A stretch of DNA of 41,195 bases from Patescibacteria group bacterium. Lineage in GTDB: Bacteria > Patescibacteriota > Minisyncoccia > UBA6257 > 2-01-FULL-56-20. A program made the translations under genes and the position numbers. Shown piece by piece: positions 21,414-31,268 of this stretch (position 1 is its first letter; each line of letters begins with the position of its first letter). The notes beneath the pieces were generated by a model. That model was given only the letters and a program-made list of their open reading frames with translations. It searched no databases and was not told the origin of the DNA. The DNA lies in contig JANWZH010000002.1 of the NCBI GenBank assembly GCA_025054755.1, positions 1-41,195 on the forward strand. Reading direction: 5' to 3'.

Positions 21414-21971
21414 ATGCGTAAATTTTTATTTTCTTTTTTAGAAATAATTGAATTTATTATTGTTAGTTTAGCTTTGGTTTTTATTATTAGAAGTTATATT
21501 ATTCAACCCTTTTTGGTTTGGGGGTCTTCTATGTCGCCCAATTTTTCAAGTGGAGATTATATTTTAATTGATGAATTATCTTTACGTTTTAAATCAATCG
21601 AAAGAGGAGAAGTTGTTGTTTTTAAATATCCTAAAAACCATTCAACTTATTTTATTAAAAGAATAATTGGTTTGCCTAGTGAAAAAATTCAAATTAAAGA
21701 TAATCAGATTTTTATTTTTAATAAAGAAAATCCAAATGGTTTTGTTTTAAATGAGCCCTATTTAAGCAACTTTGTTAAAACAGAAAATAGAGGTGGTCAA
21801 AATATAATTACTTTAGGAGATGACGAATATTTTGTTTTAGGAGATAATCGTCAATATAGTTATGATTCACGTGATTGGGGAGTGGTTAAAAAAAATGAAA
21901 TTGTTGGTATTGCTAGGTTAAGACTTTGGCCAATAAATTCATTTAGTGTTTTTGCTGCTCCAAATTATTAA
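21414..21971 (+). CDS. lepB: Signal peptidase I
   Basis: TM anchor, GSSMSP (catalytic Ser), FIKRIIGLP (catalytic Lys), VLGDNR.YSYDSR.WG. Confidence 0.95.
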   Translation: MRKFLFSFLEIIEFIIVSLALVFIIRSYIIQPFLVWGSSMSPNFSSGDYILIDELSLRFKSIERGEVVVFKYPKNHSTYFIKRIIGLPSEKIQIKDNQIFIFNKENPNGFVLNEPYLSNFVKTENRGGQNIITLGDDEYFVLGDNRQYSYDSRDWGVVKKNEIVGIARLRLWPINSFSVFAAPNY

Positions 21972-21979
21972 AAAAAATA

Positions 21980-23275
21980 ATGAGGAAAAAAAATAAAAAA
22001 ATTTTATTACAAACCCCAAAAGGAATGCACGATATTTTGCCAAGTGATGAAAAATGGTACGATAGAATATATAAAGCTTTTCGAAAAATTTCAGAATTTT
22101 ATGGTTTTAAAAAAATTTCTACTCCAATTTTAGAATATGCTTTTTTGTTTGAAAAAGGTATTGGTGAAGCAACTGATATTATTGAAAAAGAAATGTATTT
22201 TGTTAAAACAAAAGGAGATGATCTTTTGGCTTTAAGGCCAGAAGGAACAGCTCCTGTTATGAGGGCTTATTTTGAACATGGATTTAATAAATTATCTCAA
22301 CCTCAAAAATTTTATTATTTTGGTCCATTTTTTAGACACGAAAATCCTCAAGCTGGTCGTTTTAGACAATTTCATCAATTGGGTTTTGAAATCATTGGAG
22401 GCAAGTCTGATTCAATTTATGATGCCGAGATAATAAGTTTATCTTCTGAATTAATTAAAGAATTAAAAATTTCAAATTTATTAATTAATATTAATTCAAT
22501 TGGTTGTCAAACTTGTCGTCCAAAATATATTAAAAAATTAGAAGAATATTATAAACATAATTCATCTAAAGTTTGCAAAACTTGTAATCTAAGAATTAAA
22601 AGAAATCCATTGCGAGTTTTGGATTGTAAAGATGATAAATGTCAAGATATTAAAAAGAATGCTCCAAATATTATAGATAGTTTATGTATAAGTTGCCGCA
22701 ATCATTTTAAAGAGGTTTTAGAATATTTGGACGAATTGAATATTTCTTATAATTTAGACCAAAATTTAGTTCGTGGCCTAGATTATTATTCTAGAACAGT
22801 TTTTGAATTAGAAGTTGAAGGCCTAGGTTCAGAAATTGGTTCTTTGGGTGGTGGAGGAAGATATGATTATTTATCTCAATTATTAGGCGAAAATCAGGTA
22901 TCAGCTTTAGGAGCTGGATTGGGTATAGAACGCTTAATTTATGTTATGAAAGCTCAACAAGTCAAATTACCAGAAAAACAGGGCAAAAAAGTTTTTATTA
23001 TTCATTTAGGAGATTTAGCAAAAAGAAAAACATTATTAATTATGCAGAAACTTTATGATGCTGGTGTTTCTTTTGTAGAAACACAAGATAAAGAATCTTT
23101 AAAGGCTCAACTTCGTTCGGCAAATAAAGTACAGGCTGATTTAGCTTTAATAATTGGGCAAAAAGAAGTTTTTGATAATACTGTCATTATTCGTGATATG
23201 CATTCAGGGCTTCAAGAGACAATTCCTTTAAATAAATTAACTGAAGGTATTAAAAAATATATTAAAAATATTTAA
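21980..23275 (+). CDS. hisS: Histidine--tRNA ligase
   Basis: PKGMHD, LRPEGTA, FRHENPQAGRFRQFHQ, LVRGLDYY, GGGRYD, GIER. Confidence 0.97.
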   Translation: MRKKNKKILLQTPKGMHDILPSDEKWYDRIYKAFRKISEFYGFKKISTPILEYAFLFEKGIGEATDIIEKEMYFVKTKGDDLLALRPEGTAPVMRAYFEHGFNKLSQPQKFYYFGPFFRHENPQAGRFRQFHQLGFEIIGGKSDSIYDAEIISLSSELIKELKISNLLININSIGCQTCRPKYIKKLEEYYKHNSSKVCKTCNLRIKRNPLRVLDCKDDKCQDIKKNAPNIIDSLCISCRNHFKEVLEYLDELNISYNLDQNLVRGLDYYSRTVFELEVEGLGSEIGSLGGGGRYDYLSQLLGENQVSALGAGLGIERLIYVMKAQQVKLPEKQGKKVFIIHLGDLAKRKTLLIMQKLYDAGVSFVETQDKESLKAQLRSANKVQADLALIIGQKEVFDNTVIIRDMHSGLQETIPLNKLTEGIKKYIKNI

Positions 23276-23282
23276 AATTATT

Positions 23283-23708
23283 ATGGATAATAATTGTATT
23301 TTTTGTAAAATTATTAAAAAAGAATTAGAATCTAAAATTATTTATGAAGATCAAAATGTTATATCATTTTTAGATATTAATCCCCACACCATAGCTCATA
23401 CTGTAGTTATTCCTAAAAAACATTATTCTACAATACTTGACTTAAGTAATGATGATATATTACAATTGTTTAGCGGCCTTCAAAAAGTGGTTGATTTAAT
23501 TAAAAAAACAATTAATCCAGACGGTTTTAATATTGGAATTAATCATGGAAGGGTTGCTGGTCAAGTAATTGATCATTTACATATTCATGTTTTGCCAAGA
23601 TTTTTTAACGATGGAGGAGGGTCAATACATTCTATTATTTTTAATAAACCAAAAGAGTCGCTTGATGAAATATATGAAAAAATAAAAAAATATGGCAATC
23701 GAAGTTAG
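23283..23708 (+). CDS. HIT family nucleotide hydrolase
   Basis: CIFCKI, AGQVIDHLHIHVLPR histidine triad. Confidence 0.93.
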   Translation: MDNNCIFCKIIKKELESKIIYEDQNVISFLDINPHTIAHTVVIPKKHYSTILDLSNDDILQLFSGLQKVVDLIKKTINPDGFNIGINHGRVAGQVIDHLHIHVLPRFFNDGGGSIHSIIFNKPKESLDEIYEKIKKYGNRS

Positions 23709-23913
23709 AAAAAAAGAAGGAGAAACAGTTCAATCTTTAATTTATAGATTTACTAAGAAAATAAAACAAAGTGGCGTTTTAACTGAAGTAAGAAAAAGAC
23801 AATTTAAAGCAAGAAATCAGAGCAAATTAAAAAAGAGATCTTCAGCTATTTATCGTTCATTAAAGCAAGAAGAATTTAATCGTAAGCGTAAACTTGGTCT
23901 TCTAAATTATTAA
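23692..23913 (+). CDS. rpsU: 30S ribosomal protein S21
   Basis: Small basic protein, V..KEGE...SLI.RF.KK...GVL.E.RKR; upstream of YqeY as in the conserved rpsU-yqeY pair. Confidence 0.8.
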   Translation: MAIEVRKKEGETVQSLIYRFTKKIKQSGVLTEVRKRQFKARNQSKLKKRSSAIYRSLKQEEFNRKRKLGLLNY

Positions 23914-23934
23914 CATAATAAAATAAATATAAAT

Positions 23935-24375
23935 ATGGAAATTTTAGATCAAATTAAAAATGATCTAAAAAAAGCTCAATTGGACAAAGATGATTTAACT
24001 TTGCAGACCTTAAGGCTTGTTTTATCTGAAATTCATAACTTTGAAATTAATCAAAGATCAAAAAATCAACAAATTTTATTAGATGATATTTTATTAATTA
24101 TTCAAAAAGAAATTAAAAAAAGAAAAGAAGCTAAGGATTTATTTTTAAAAGGAAATAGGATGGATTTAGTTAATCAAACTGAAAACGAAATTAAAATTCT
24201 TTCTAAATATGTTCCATCTTTATTAAGTAATGAAGAGATTTTAAAAATTATTAATGATTTAAGAAATAAAGGTTTAAATGATTTTAATTCTTTAATGAAG
24301 GAGATTATGCAAAATTATAAAGGAAGAGTGGATGGCAAAGAAGTTAAGAAATTAATAGAACAAATTTTGCAATGA
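23935..24375 (+). CDS. GatB/YqeY domain protein
   Basis: DLKKA, TLRLV, KEIKKRKEA...F.KGNR.DL, E..IL..Y.P, GRVDGK. Confidence 0.9.
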   Translation: MEILDQIKNDLKKAQLDKDDLTLQTLRLVLSEIHNFEINQRSKNQQILLDDILLIIQKEIKKRKEAKDLFLKGNRMDLVNQTENEIKILSKYVPSLLSNEEILKIINDLRNKGLNDFNSLMKEIMQNYKGRVDGKEVKKLIEQILQ

Positions 24376-24785
24376 AATTACAAAAAGAAAATTTTTTTTA
24401 TTCTGAAATAAATTTATTTTTAAAAAAAATAATTAAAATTTTAAAAAAAGAGAAAAAATTTAAAAAAATTTTTTTAAAATATCAACCTCCTTTAGTATTC
24501 TTAGTTGATTCAAACTTAATGATTAGTTTAGAAAAAAAATTTTTTAAAAAAAATAAAGAACCAGACATTTTATCATTTAATTGGCCACCTAATTTTAAGC
24601 AGGGAAAAAATAAAAAAAATCCATTAGGAGAAATTTATTTAAATAAAAGAGTATTAAAAAATAAAAATAAAATTAAATATCTTTTAATTCATGGTATTTT
24701 GCATTTATTAGGCTTTAATCATTATAAAAAAAATGATATTATAAAGATGGAAAATAAAGAACAAGAAATTTTAAATCAATTATAA
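24372..24785 (+). CDS. ybeY: rRNA maturation RNase YbeY
   Basis: PDILSF, LGEIYL, HGILHLLGFNH, MENKE. Confidence 0.88.
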   Translation: MKLQKENFFYSEINLFLKKIIKILKKEKKFKKIFLKYQPPLVFLVDSNLMISLEKKFFKKNKEPDILSFNWPPNFKQGKNKKNPLGEIYLNKRVLKNKNKIKYLLIHGILHLLGFNHYKKNDIIKMENKEQEILNQL

Positions 24786-24790
24786 TTAAT

Positions 24791-26002
24791 ATGAAATTAA
24801 TTTGTGCTTTAGACATTGGAACATCTAAAATAAGAGCTGTTGTTGCAGAAAATGAAAATGGTTTACCCAAAATTATTGGACTGTCAACCACTGATGTTTT
24901 TGGCATGCGTCATGGCGCAATAGTTGATTTAAATGAGGTTAATAAATCTATTTTTAAGGTGTTGTCAGATGTTAAAAATATTAATAAGAAAGCTTTAGAT
25001 TGTATTTATTTTAATATTGGAACTCCCGAAGTTAAAACTCAAGTTTCAACTGCTGCAACTGGAATTTCAACTGGCGAGGGAGAAATATCTTATGAAGAAA
25101 TTGAAAAAGTTAAAAAATTAGCCGAAAATCTTAATTTTGGCCCAAATAGAAAATTGGTTAATAGTATTGTTCAAGAATTTATTGTTGATGGAGTTGGGGG
25201 AATTACTGATCCAATAGGTTTAGTAGGAAATAGATTAGAGGTTAAGTCATTAGTAATTAGTGTTTTTAGCCAACATTTAAATAATATTAATAAAGCAATT
25301 TCATTATTTGGCGGAAAAGCTAGTGGACCCATTTTTAATCCAATTAGTTCAGCTAATTCAGTTTTATCAAAAATTCAAAAAGAATTAGGAGTAATTTTAA
25401 TTGATATAGGAGCTGGAACAATGAGTTTTGCAATTTATTTAGAAAATAAATTGATTCATACAAAAATCTTTCCTATTGGTTCGGCAAACATTACTAGTGA
25501 TATTGCGGTTGGTTTAAAAATTCCATATGAAATAGCCGAAAAAATTAAATTAGAACAAGGAGCAGCATTTCCTAAAGAAGTTGGCTCTAGAGAAACAATT
25601 AATTTGGGTGAGTTTTTAGGGGGCGGTAAAAATATTGTTTCTAAAAAGTTTGTATCAGAAATTATTGAGGCACGATTAGATGAAATGTTTGAATTAATTA
25701 ATAAAGAAATAAAAAGTTGCGGGAAAATTGAATTATCAGCTGGAGCAGTTTTAGTTGGCGGAGGAGCAAAAATGGCTGGCTTAACTAATTTGGCTAAGGA
25801 TCGTTTAAAATTAGCTGTACAAATAGGATTACCATTGAATGATAAAATTATTTTTAGTGACGAAAATCAAAATATTTTGAATGATCCTGAGTATGCTAAT
25901 GTTTTGGGATTGATTTTGTGCGGGGCGATTAATGAGGGTTGGAGCGATGAAAATTCTTTAATGGATAAAATTAGGAAAGTATTTAATGCATTAAAACCTT
26001 GA
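24791..26002 (+). CDS. ftsA: Cell division protein FtsA
   Basis: ALDIGTSK, DPIGL.G.RLEV, LIDIGAGT, ITSDIA, AEKIK, VLVGGGAK. Confidence 0.95.
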   Translation: MKLICALDIGTSKIRAVVAENENGLPKIIGLSTTDVFGMRHGAIVDLNEVNKSIFKVLSDVKNINKKALDCIYFNIGTPEVKTQVSTAATGISTGEGEISYEEIEKVKKLAENLNFGPNRKLVNSIVQEFIVDGVGGITDPIGLVGNRLEVKSLVISVFSQHLNNINKAISLFGGKASGPIFNPISSANSVLSKIQKELGVILIDIGAGTMSFAIYLENKLIHTKIFPIGSANITSDIAVGLKIPYEIAEKIKLEQGAAFPKEVGSRETINLGEFLGGGKNIVSKKFVSEIIEARLDEMFELINKEIKSCGKIELSAGAVLVGGGAKMAGLTNLAKDRLKLAVQIGLPLNDKIIFSDENQNILNDPEYANVLGLILCGAINEGWSDENSLMDKIRKVFNALKP

Positions 26003-26026
26003 ATATTTTAGAAAAATATATATTAT
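25999..26026 (+). promoter_or_regulatory. Putative ftsZ promoter TTGAAT-N16-TATTAT, 6 nt before ATG
   Basis: Hexamers read directly; overlaps the ftsA stop. Confidence 0.5.
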
Positions 26027-26032
26027 TGAATT

Positions 26033-27463
26033 ATGAAAAAAAAGATTAAAAATAAAAAAGAAAAATTAATTTCTGAAAAAAATAAAGAAGATAAAAAATT
26101 GTTAAAAAAAGAAAATAAAAAAAATAATATTTCTAAAAATAAAGTTATTAAATTCAAATCAAAAACTAAGTCTTTTTATAGTAGCAGTTTACCGATTATT
26201 AAGGTTGTTGGAGTTGGTGGCGGAGGAGGAAACGCTGTTTCGAGAATGAGTCGTAATTTTATGCGTGGAGTTGAATTTATTGCAATTAATACTGATCATC
26301 AGGATTTAGATCATTGTAATGTAAGAAAAAAACTTTATATTGGAAAAAGTTTGACTAGAGGATTGGGGACAGGAATGAATCCAGAATTAGGAAGACAAGC
26401 TGCTGAAGAAAATAGATCCGAGATAGAAGATGCTTTAAAGGGTTCAGATATTGTTTTTTTAGCAGCTGGATTAGGAGGTGGAACTGGTTCTGGAGCTTCA
26501 CCGGTTGTAGCTGAAATAGCTCGTCAAAATGGTGCTATTACTTTAGCTTTTGTAACAAAACCATTTTCTTTTGAAGGGTCTCAAAGAGCTTTTATTGCTG
26601 ACGAAGCTTTAATGCGCCTTAAGGATAAAGTAGATGCATTAGTAGTTATCTCTAATGATAAAATTTTTTCTTTGATTAATAAAGACATTTCTATTTTAAA
26701 AGCTTTTGCTGCAATTGATGAAGTTTTAAAAAATGCTATTTTGGGCATTGTTGAAATTATTGCTGTGCCTGGAATTATTAATTTAGATTTTGCAGATATT
26801 AAATCAGTTATTCAAGATGCTGGAACAGCAGTTGTTGGCGTTGGAATTGCTTCTGGCCAAAATAGAGCTGCTTTAGCAGTTGAATCAGCTTTAAATTCTC
26901 CACTTTTGGAATTTAGTGCCGAAGGAGCAAAGGGCATTGTTTTTAGTGTGGCTGGGACAAAAGATATGAAAATGGCTGAGATTTATGAAGCAGCTCAAAA
27001 GATATCTGAAATAGCTGATCCAAGTGCAAAAATTATTTTTGGAACTTATTATGATAAAAATTTAAAACCTGGACAGTTAAAAATTACTCTAATAGCTACA
27101 GGTTTAAATGGTGGAGCATCATCTACTGTTTCTCTTTTTGGTGGATCAATTTCTCGTCAATCATTTAAATTTGATTTTGAAAATTTTAAAAAAGATAATA
27201 TTTCAAAGATTGAAGAAATAGAAGAAAAAACTAGTCCATTAAGATTTAATTTTTATAAAAATATTAATGTTGATAAAAAGAATATAAAACAGGAATCAAA
27301 TAATTTAAAAACAGATGAAAAAGTTAATTTAGATAATAAATTAATTAATGATAAAGAAAATCAAGATAAAAATTTACAAAATAAAGATTTGATTGATTCT
27401 GATTCTAATAATGAAGACTTATGGGATACTCCAGCTTTTTTAAGACGCAAAAAGAAACAATGA
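26033..27463 (+). CDS. ftsZ: Cell division protein FtsZ
   Basis: IKVVGVGGGGGNAV, GLGGGTGSG tubulin signature, INLDFAD, C-terminal DTPAFLRR. Confidence 0.97.
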   Translation: MKKKIKNKKEKLISEKNKEDKKLLKKENKKNNISKNKVIKFKSKTKSFYSSSLPIIKVVGVGGGGGNAVSRMSRNFMRGVEFIAINTDHQDLDHCNVRKKLYIGKSLTRGLGTGMNPELGRQAAEENRSEIEDALKGSDIVFLAAGLGGGTGSGASPVVAEIARQNGAITLAFVTKPFSFEGSQRAFIADEALMRLKDKVDALVVISNDKIFSLINKDISILKAFAAIDEVLKNAILGIVEIIAVPGIINLDFADIKSVIQDAGTAVVGVGIASGQNRAALAVESALNSPLLEFSAEGAKGIVFSVAGTKDMKMAEIYEAAQKISEIADPSAKIIFGTYYDKNLKPGQLKITLIATGLNGGASSTVSLFGGSISRQSFKFDFENFKKDNISKIEEIEEKTSPLRFNFYKNINVDKKNIKQESNNLKTDEKVNLDNKLINDKENQDKNLQNKDLIDSDSNNEDLWDTPAFLRRKKKQ

Positions 27464-27464
27464 A

Positions 27465-28502
27465 TTATTCTTTTAAAAATAAATTATTTTCCATGGCTTC
27501 TTCTATAGTTTCTCCGGTAATTTTATAAATATCTTTATCTATTTTTTGAAATTCGTCATAAGCTTTGTTATAAGTAGACATTGTAATATTAATATGATTA
27601 CCTAATTTTTTTAAAAATTCTTCATATGTTATTAAATGTTTTTTTAATTGGTTGATATTTTTTATAATTTTTTCAGTTGATTTATTAAATTGTATTTTAT
27701 GTAGACCTAATAATATTGTATTTAAATAGGCTTGGAAAGAGGTTGGTGACACGATATTTACTTTTTTTTGATAAGCATATTCAATCAAATTTTTACCCCC
27801 TAAAGAACCAACTTTATTAACTAATAAATCATAATATAGAGCTTCGGATGGAATATACATTAAAGCAAATTCAAATGTCCCTTCTTCTGGTTTAATATAT
27901 TTAGATGTTTCATCTATTCTATTTTTTAAATCATTTCTTAAAGCATCTTCAAATTTTTTAATTTCTTCGTTTGTTTTTGCCTCAATTAATCTATTATAAT
28001 TTTCTAAGCTAAATTTTGAATCAATTGGTATAATCTTATCTCCATAAAAAATTACAGCATCAACTGTTAGGCCATCTGAAAAAGGATATTGCATTTGATA
28101 ACTGGTTGGCGGTAGTATATTTTTTAGAGTATTTTCTAATAAATATTCACCTAGCAGACCTCTTTGTTTTGGGTTTTTTAAAATATCTTGTAAAATTTTT
28201 AATTGATCAGCTAAATTATTTACTTGTCTTTGACCTTCGTTTAATTTAGTTAATTCTTGAGTAACTTCTTTAATAATTTCTTTGGTTATTTTTGAACTTT
28301 CGCTCATTCTTTCATAAATAACTTGAGTTGATTCACCTAATTTTTTATCTAAAGTTTTAATAATATCATTGATTTGATTTTGTAAAAGTAACAAAGCTTG
28401 ATTCTCAGATTGATTATTTTGATTTTGATATAATTTTTTAAATACTAGAAATAGTAAAATTAATACTAAAATAATGAGAATAATTAATAATATATTTTCC
28501 AT
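27465..28502 (-). CDS. rmuC: DNA recombination protein RmuC
   Basis: N-terminal TM and coiled coil, NPKQRG.LGE, IPIDSKF, FALMYIPSE, VSPT. Confidence 0.9.
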   Translation of the reverse strand: MENILLIILIILVLILLFLVFKKLYQNQNNQSENQALLLLQNQINDIIKTLDKKLGESTQVIYERMSESSKITKEIIKEVTQELTKLNEGQRQVNNLADQLKILQDILKNPKQRGLLGEYLLENTLKNILPPTSYQMQYPFSDGLTVDAVIFYGDKIIPIDSKFSLENYNRLIEAKTNEEIKKFEDALRNDLKNRIDETSKYIKPEEGTFEFALMYIPSEALYYDLLVNKVGSLGGKNLIEYAYQKKVNIVSPTSFQAYLNTILLGLHKIQFNKSTEKIIKNINQLKKHLITYEEFLKKLGNHINITMSTYNKAYDEFQKIDKDIYKITGETIEEAMENNLFLKE

Positions 28503-28508
28503 AATGTA

Positions 28509-28537
28509 ATTATGATAAATTTTGATATTTAATTCAA
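28509..28537 (-). promoter_or_regulatory. Putative rmuC promoter TTGAAT-N17-CATAAT, 6 nt before ATG
   Basis: Hexamers read on the minus strand. Confidence 0.45.
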
Positions 28538-29065
28538 ATTATTTTGTTTATTAAAAAACATTAAAATTAAAATCAACATAAAGCTAAGTAAGCTCATAAA
28601 AGGAATGGTTATATAATTAAATCCAATAATATATTTTTGGGAACAATTTAATAAATTACCAGAATTTTCTATAGAACAGATTGTATTTAAATCAGAATTT
28701 ATTTGAATTATATTATGATATAAAGCAATTAATAAACCAATTAGTGCTAGGGTTATTATATATTTTTTAATATTTTTATCATTTTGTAATATAGACAATC
28801 CTAATAATATTGTTTGAGGGTACATAAATATTCTTTGATACCAACAAAGTAAACATGGTTCAATTCCAAAAATTTCAAAATAAAAAAGACTTATTGTAGT
28901 TGCGCTTAAAGCTATTATAAAAGAAAATAAAAAAGAATTTTTTGAAAAAAAAATAAAAATTTTTGAGTTTTTTTTAAAAAAGAAAATAAATATTAAAAAA
29001 GCAATTAATATTTGAGCAATTATACCTAAAAAACTTATTAATTTATTAAAAATAATTATATTCAT
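28529..29065 (-). CDS. dsbB: Disulfide bond formation protein DsbB/BdbC family
   Basis: PCLLCWYQRIFMYP, second Cys pair, ITIPFMS; true start is ATG at 29065 because the longer ORF runs through a tRNA. Confidence 0.88.
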   Translation of the reverse strand: MNIIIFNKLISFLGIIAQILIAFLIFIFFFKKNSKIFIFFSKNSFLFSFIIALSATTISLFYFEIFGIEPCLLCWYQRIFMYPQTILLGLSILQNDKNIKKYIITLALIGLLIALYHNIIQINSDLNTICSIENSGNLLNCSQKYIIGFNYITIPFMSLLSFMLILILMFFNKQNNLN

Positions 29066-29082
29066 ATTAATAAAAATAAAAG

Positions 29083-29169
29083 CGGAGGCGGGAGGATTCG
29101 AACCTCCGGTCCGATTACTCGGACTCCGGTTTTCAAGACCGGTGCCTTCAACCACTCAGCCACGCCTCC
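29083..29169 (-). tRNA. tRNA-Ser(UGA)
   Basis: GGAGGCG acceptor, anticodon arm CCGGT-CTTGAAA-ACCGG, long variable arm, GTTCGAATC. Confidence 0.96.
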
Positions 29170-29182
29170 TTTTGACAAATTA

Positions 29183-29259
29183 ATTATATTAAAAATATAT
29201 AAAAAATCAAAAAAACAAAATTAATTAACTATTGCATTTTTTTTATTTATATATAAAAT
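29183..29259. promoter_or_regulatory. Divergent putative promoters for tRNA-Ser (minus, TTGATT-N16-TATAAT, 29183-29210) and greA (plus, TTGCAT-N16-TAAAAT, 29232-29259)
   Basis: Hexamers read directly on each strand. Confidence 0.5.
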
Positions 29260-29321
29260 ATTTAATTATATTTATTTTAAAAACCATATATATTGGTTAG
29301 TTATTATATTATTAAAAAAAT

Positions 29322-29780
29322 ATGAAAAATTATTATTTAACAAAAGAAAAATTAGAAGAGTTAAAAAAAGAATTAGAATACTTAAAAAATGAAGGCAGAA
29401 AAGAGGTGGCAGAACATTTAAAAAAAGCTAAAGAATATGGAGATCTGTCTGAAAACGCTGAATATAATGAAGCAAAAGATGAGCAACAAAAATTAGAAAC
29501 AAGAATTTCTGAATTAGAAGATATTATTCGTAATGTAATTTTAATTAAGGAGGGAGTAAAAAGTGATGTTGTTAAAATTGGTTCAAAAGTTACTTTAAAA
29601 AAAGACGGAAAAACTTACCAATATGTTATTGTTGGTCAAAATGAAGCTGATCCATCTAGTGGTAAAATTTCTAATGAATCACCATTGGGAAAAGCTTTAT
29701 TAGATAAAAAAAATAATGATGAAGTTGAAGTTCTAGCGCCTGGAGGAAAAATTAAATATAAAATTGTTAAAATTGAATAA
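29322..29780 (+). CDS. greA: Transcription elongation factor GreA
   Basis: GDLSENAEY, IVG..EADP, ISNESPLGKAL. Confidence 0.96.
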   Translation: MKNYYLTKEKLEELKKELEYLKNEGRKEVAEHLKKAKEYGDLSENAEYNEAKDEQQKLETRISELEDIIRNVILIKEGVKSDVVKIGSKVTLKKDGKTYQYVIVGQNEADPSSGKISNESPLGKALLDKKNNDEVEVLAPGGKIKYKIVKIE

Positions 29781-29816
29781 TTTTTATTTTAATTTAATTG
29801 TGATATTATAAATATT

Positions 29817-31268
29817 ATGAGAGATGACCTTATTGAAGAACGTTTTAAAAAAATTGAAATATTAAAAGAAGCTGGCGTAGATCCGTATCCGGCTCGTTGC
29901 AAAAAAACTCATAATATATTAGATGTAATTAAAAATTTTAATTCTTTTAAGAAAAATAAAAAGAATATTTGGCTAGCTGGAAGATTGATGAGTATTAGAG
30001 ACCAAGGCAATTTAATTTTTGCTGATTTGGTTGATGAAACTGGCAAATTTCAATTAGTTTTTAAAAAAAATAATATTTCTAATTTAAATTTTTGGAAAAA
30101 AATTTTAGATCGTGGAGATTTTATATCAGTTTATGGTTTTGTTTTTAAAACCAAAAAAAGAGAAAAAAGTTTAGAAGTAAAAAAAATTCAATTATTAACT
30201 AAAAGTTTAAGGCCATTGCCAACTGAATGGTTTGGTATTGAAGACGAAGAAATTCTTTTAAGAAGACGTTATTTAGATTTAATTTTAAATCAAGAAACAA
30301 AAAATTTATTCATTAAAAAGGCTATTTTTTGGTCAACTTTTAGAGAAGAATTAAAGAAGGCCGGATTTTTAGAGGTAGAGACGCCAGTTTTGGAACCAAT
30401 TCCAGGAGGAGCAGAAGCAGAACCATTTGTTACTCATCATAATGCTTTAGATGAAGATTTTTATTTAAGAATTTCTTTAGAATTATCTTTAAAAAAGATT
30501 TTAGTTGGTGGATTTGAAAAAGTTTTTGAAATAGGTCGTATTTTTAGAAACGAAGGAATAGATAGAGAACATCTTCAAGATTATACTCAATTAGAATTTT
30601 ATTGGGCTTATCATGATTATAACGATTTAATGAAATTTATTGAAAAAATTTATAAAATTGTTATTAAAAAAACAGTTGGCAAATTGGAAACTATTTGGAA
30701 TAATCAAAAAATTAATTGGTCTAAAAAATGGCCAAAATTGGAATATATCAAATTATTTGAAAAATATAATAAAATTAATCCATTAAAAGTTAGTAGAGAT
30801 GAATTATATAATAAAGCCATAGAACTAGGTTTAAAACCAGAAGATTATGCTGGTAAAGGAAGATTAATTGATTTAATATTTAAAAAAACTATTAGACCTA
30901 AATTAATTCAGCCTTGTTTTTTAATTAATCCACCGGTTGAAATTGAACCATTAGCTAAAAGAGTTCCTGGTAATCCAGATTTAGTTGAAAGATTTCAGGT
31001 TGTAGCTTGTGGCACAGAATTAGGGAAGGGGTTTTCGGAATTAAATGATCCAATAGATCAAAGACAAAGATTTGAAGAACAAATGAAATTAAGAGAAAAA
31101 GGAGATAAAGAAGCTCAAATGCTAGATGAAGAATTTTTAGTTGCTTTAGAATATGGAATGCCGCCTACTGCTGGATTTGGCATTTCAGAAAGATTATTTG
31201 CAGTTTTAATGAATAAATCAGTCAGAGAATGCGTTTTCTTCCCTTTAATGCGTAAGAAAAATCAATGA
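29817..31268 (+). CDS. lysS: Lysine--tRNA ligase (class II)
   Basis: OB domain (AGRLMSIR), RRRYLDLI, GGAEAEPFVTHHN, EIGRIFRNEG, EYGMPPTAGFG. Confidence 0.97.
   Translation: MRDDLIEERFKKIEILKEAGVDPYPARCKKTHNILDVIKNFNSFKKNKKNIWLAGRLMSIRDQGNLIFADLVDETGKFQLVFKKNNISNLNFWKKILDRGDFISVYGFVFKTKKREKSLEVKKIQLLTKSLRPLPTEWFGIEDEEILLRRRYLDLILNQETKNLFIKKAIFWSTFREELKKAGFLEVETPVLEPIPGGAEAEPFVTHHNALDEDFYLRISLELSLKKILVGGFEKVFEIGRIFRNEGIDREHLQDYTQLEFYWAYHDYNDLMKFIEKIYKIVIKKTVGKLETIWNNQKINWSKKWPKLEYIKLFEKYNKINPLKVSRDELYNKAIELGLKPEDYAGKGRLIDLIFKKTIRPKLIQPCFLINPPVEIEPLAKRVPGNPDLVERFQVVACGTELGKGFSELNDPIDQRQRFEEQMKLREKGDKEAQMLDEEFLVALEYGMPPTAGFGISERLFAVLMNKSVRECVFFPLMRKKNQ

Noticed and set aside
22500..22700. Cys-rich insertion in HisS
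   Set aside because: CxxC-rich insertion domains are common in bacterial HisRS; not novel.
29066..29155. N-terminal extension of the DsbB ORF in the track
   Set aside because: It is tRNA-Ser read as codons; the ATG at 29065 is the plausible start.
29282..29298. Small hairpin in the greA leader as an attenuator
   Set aside because: Only about 5 bp with no U-tract; too weak to support.
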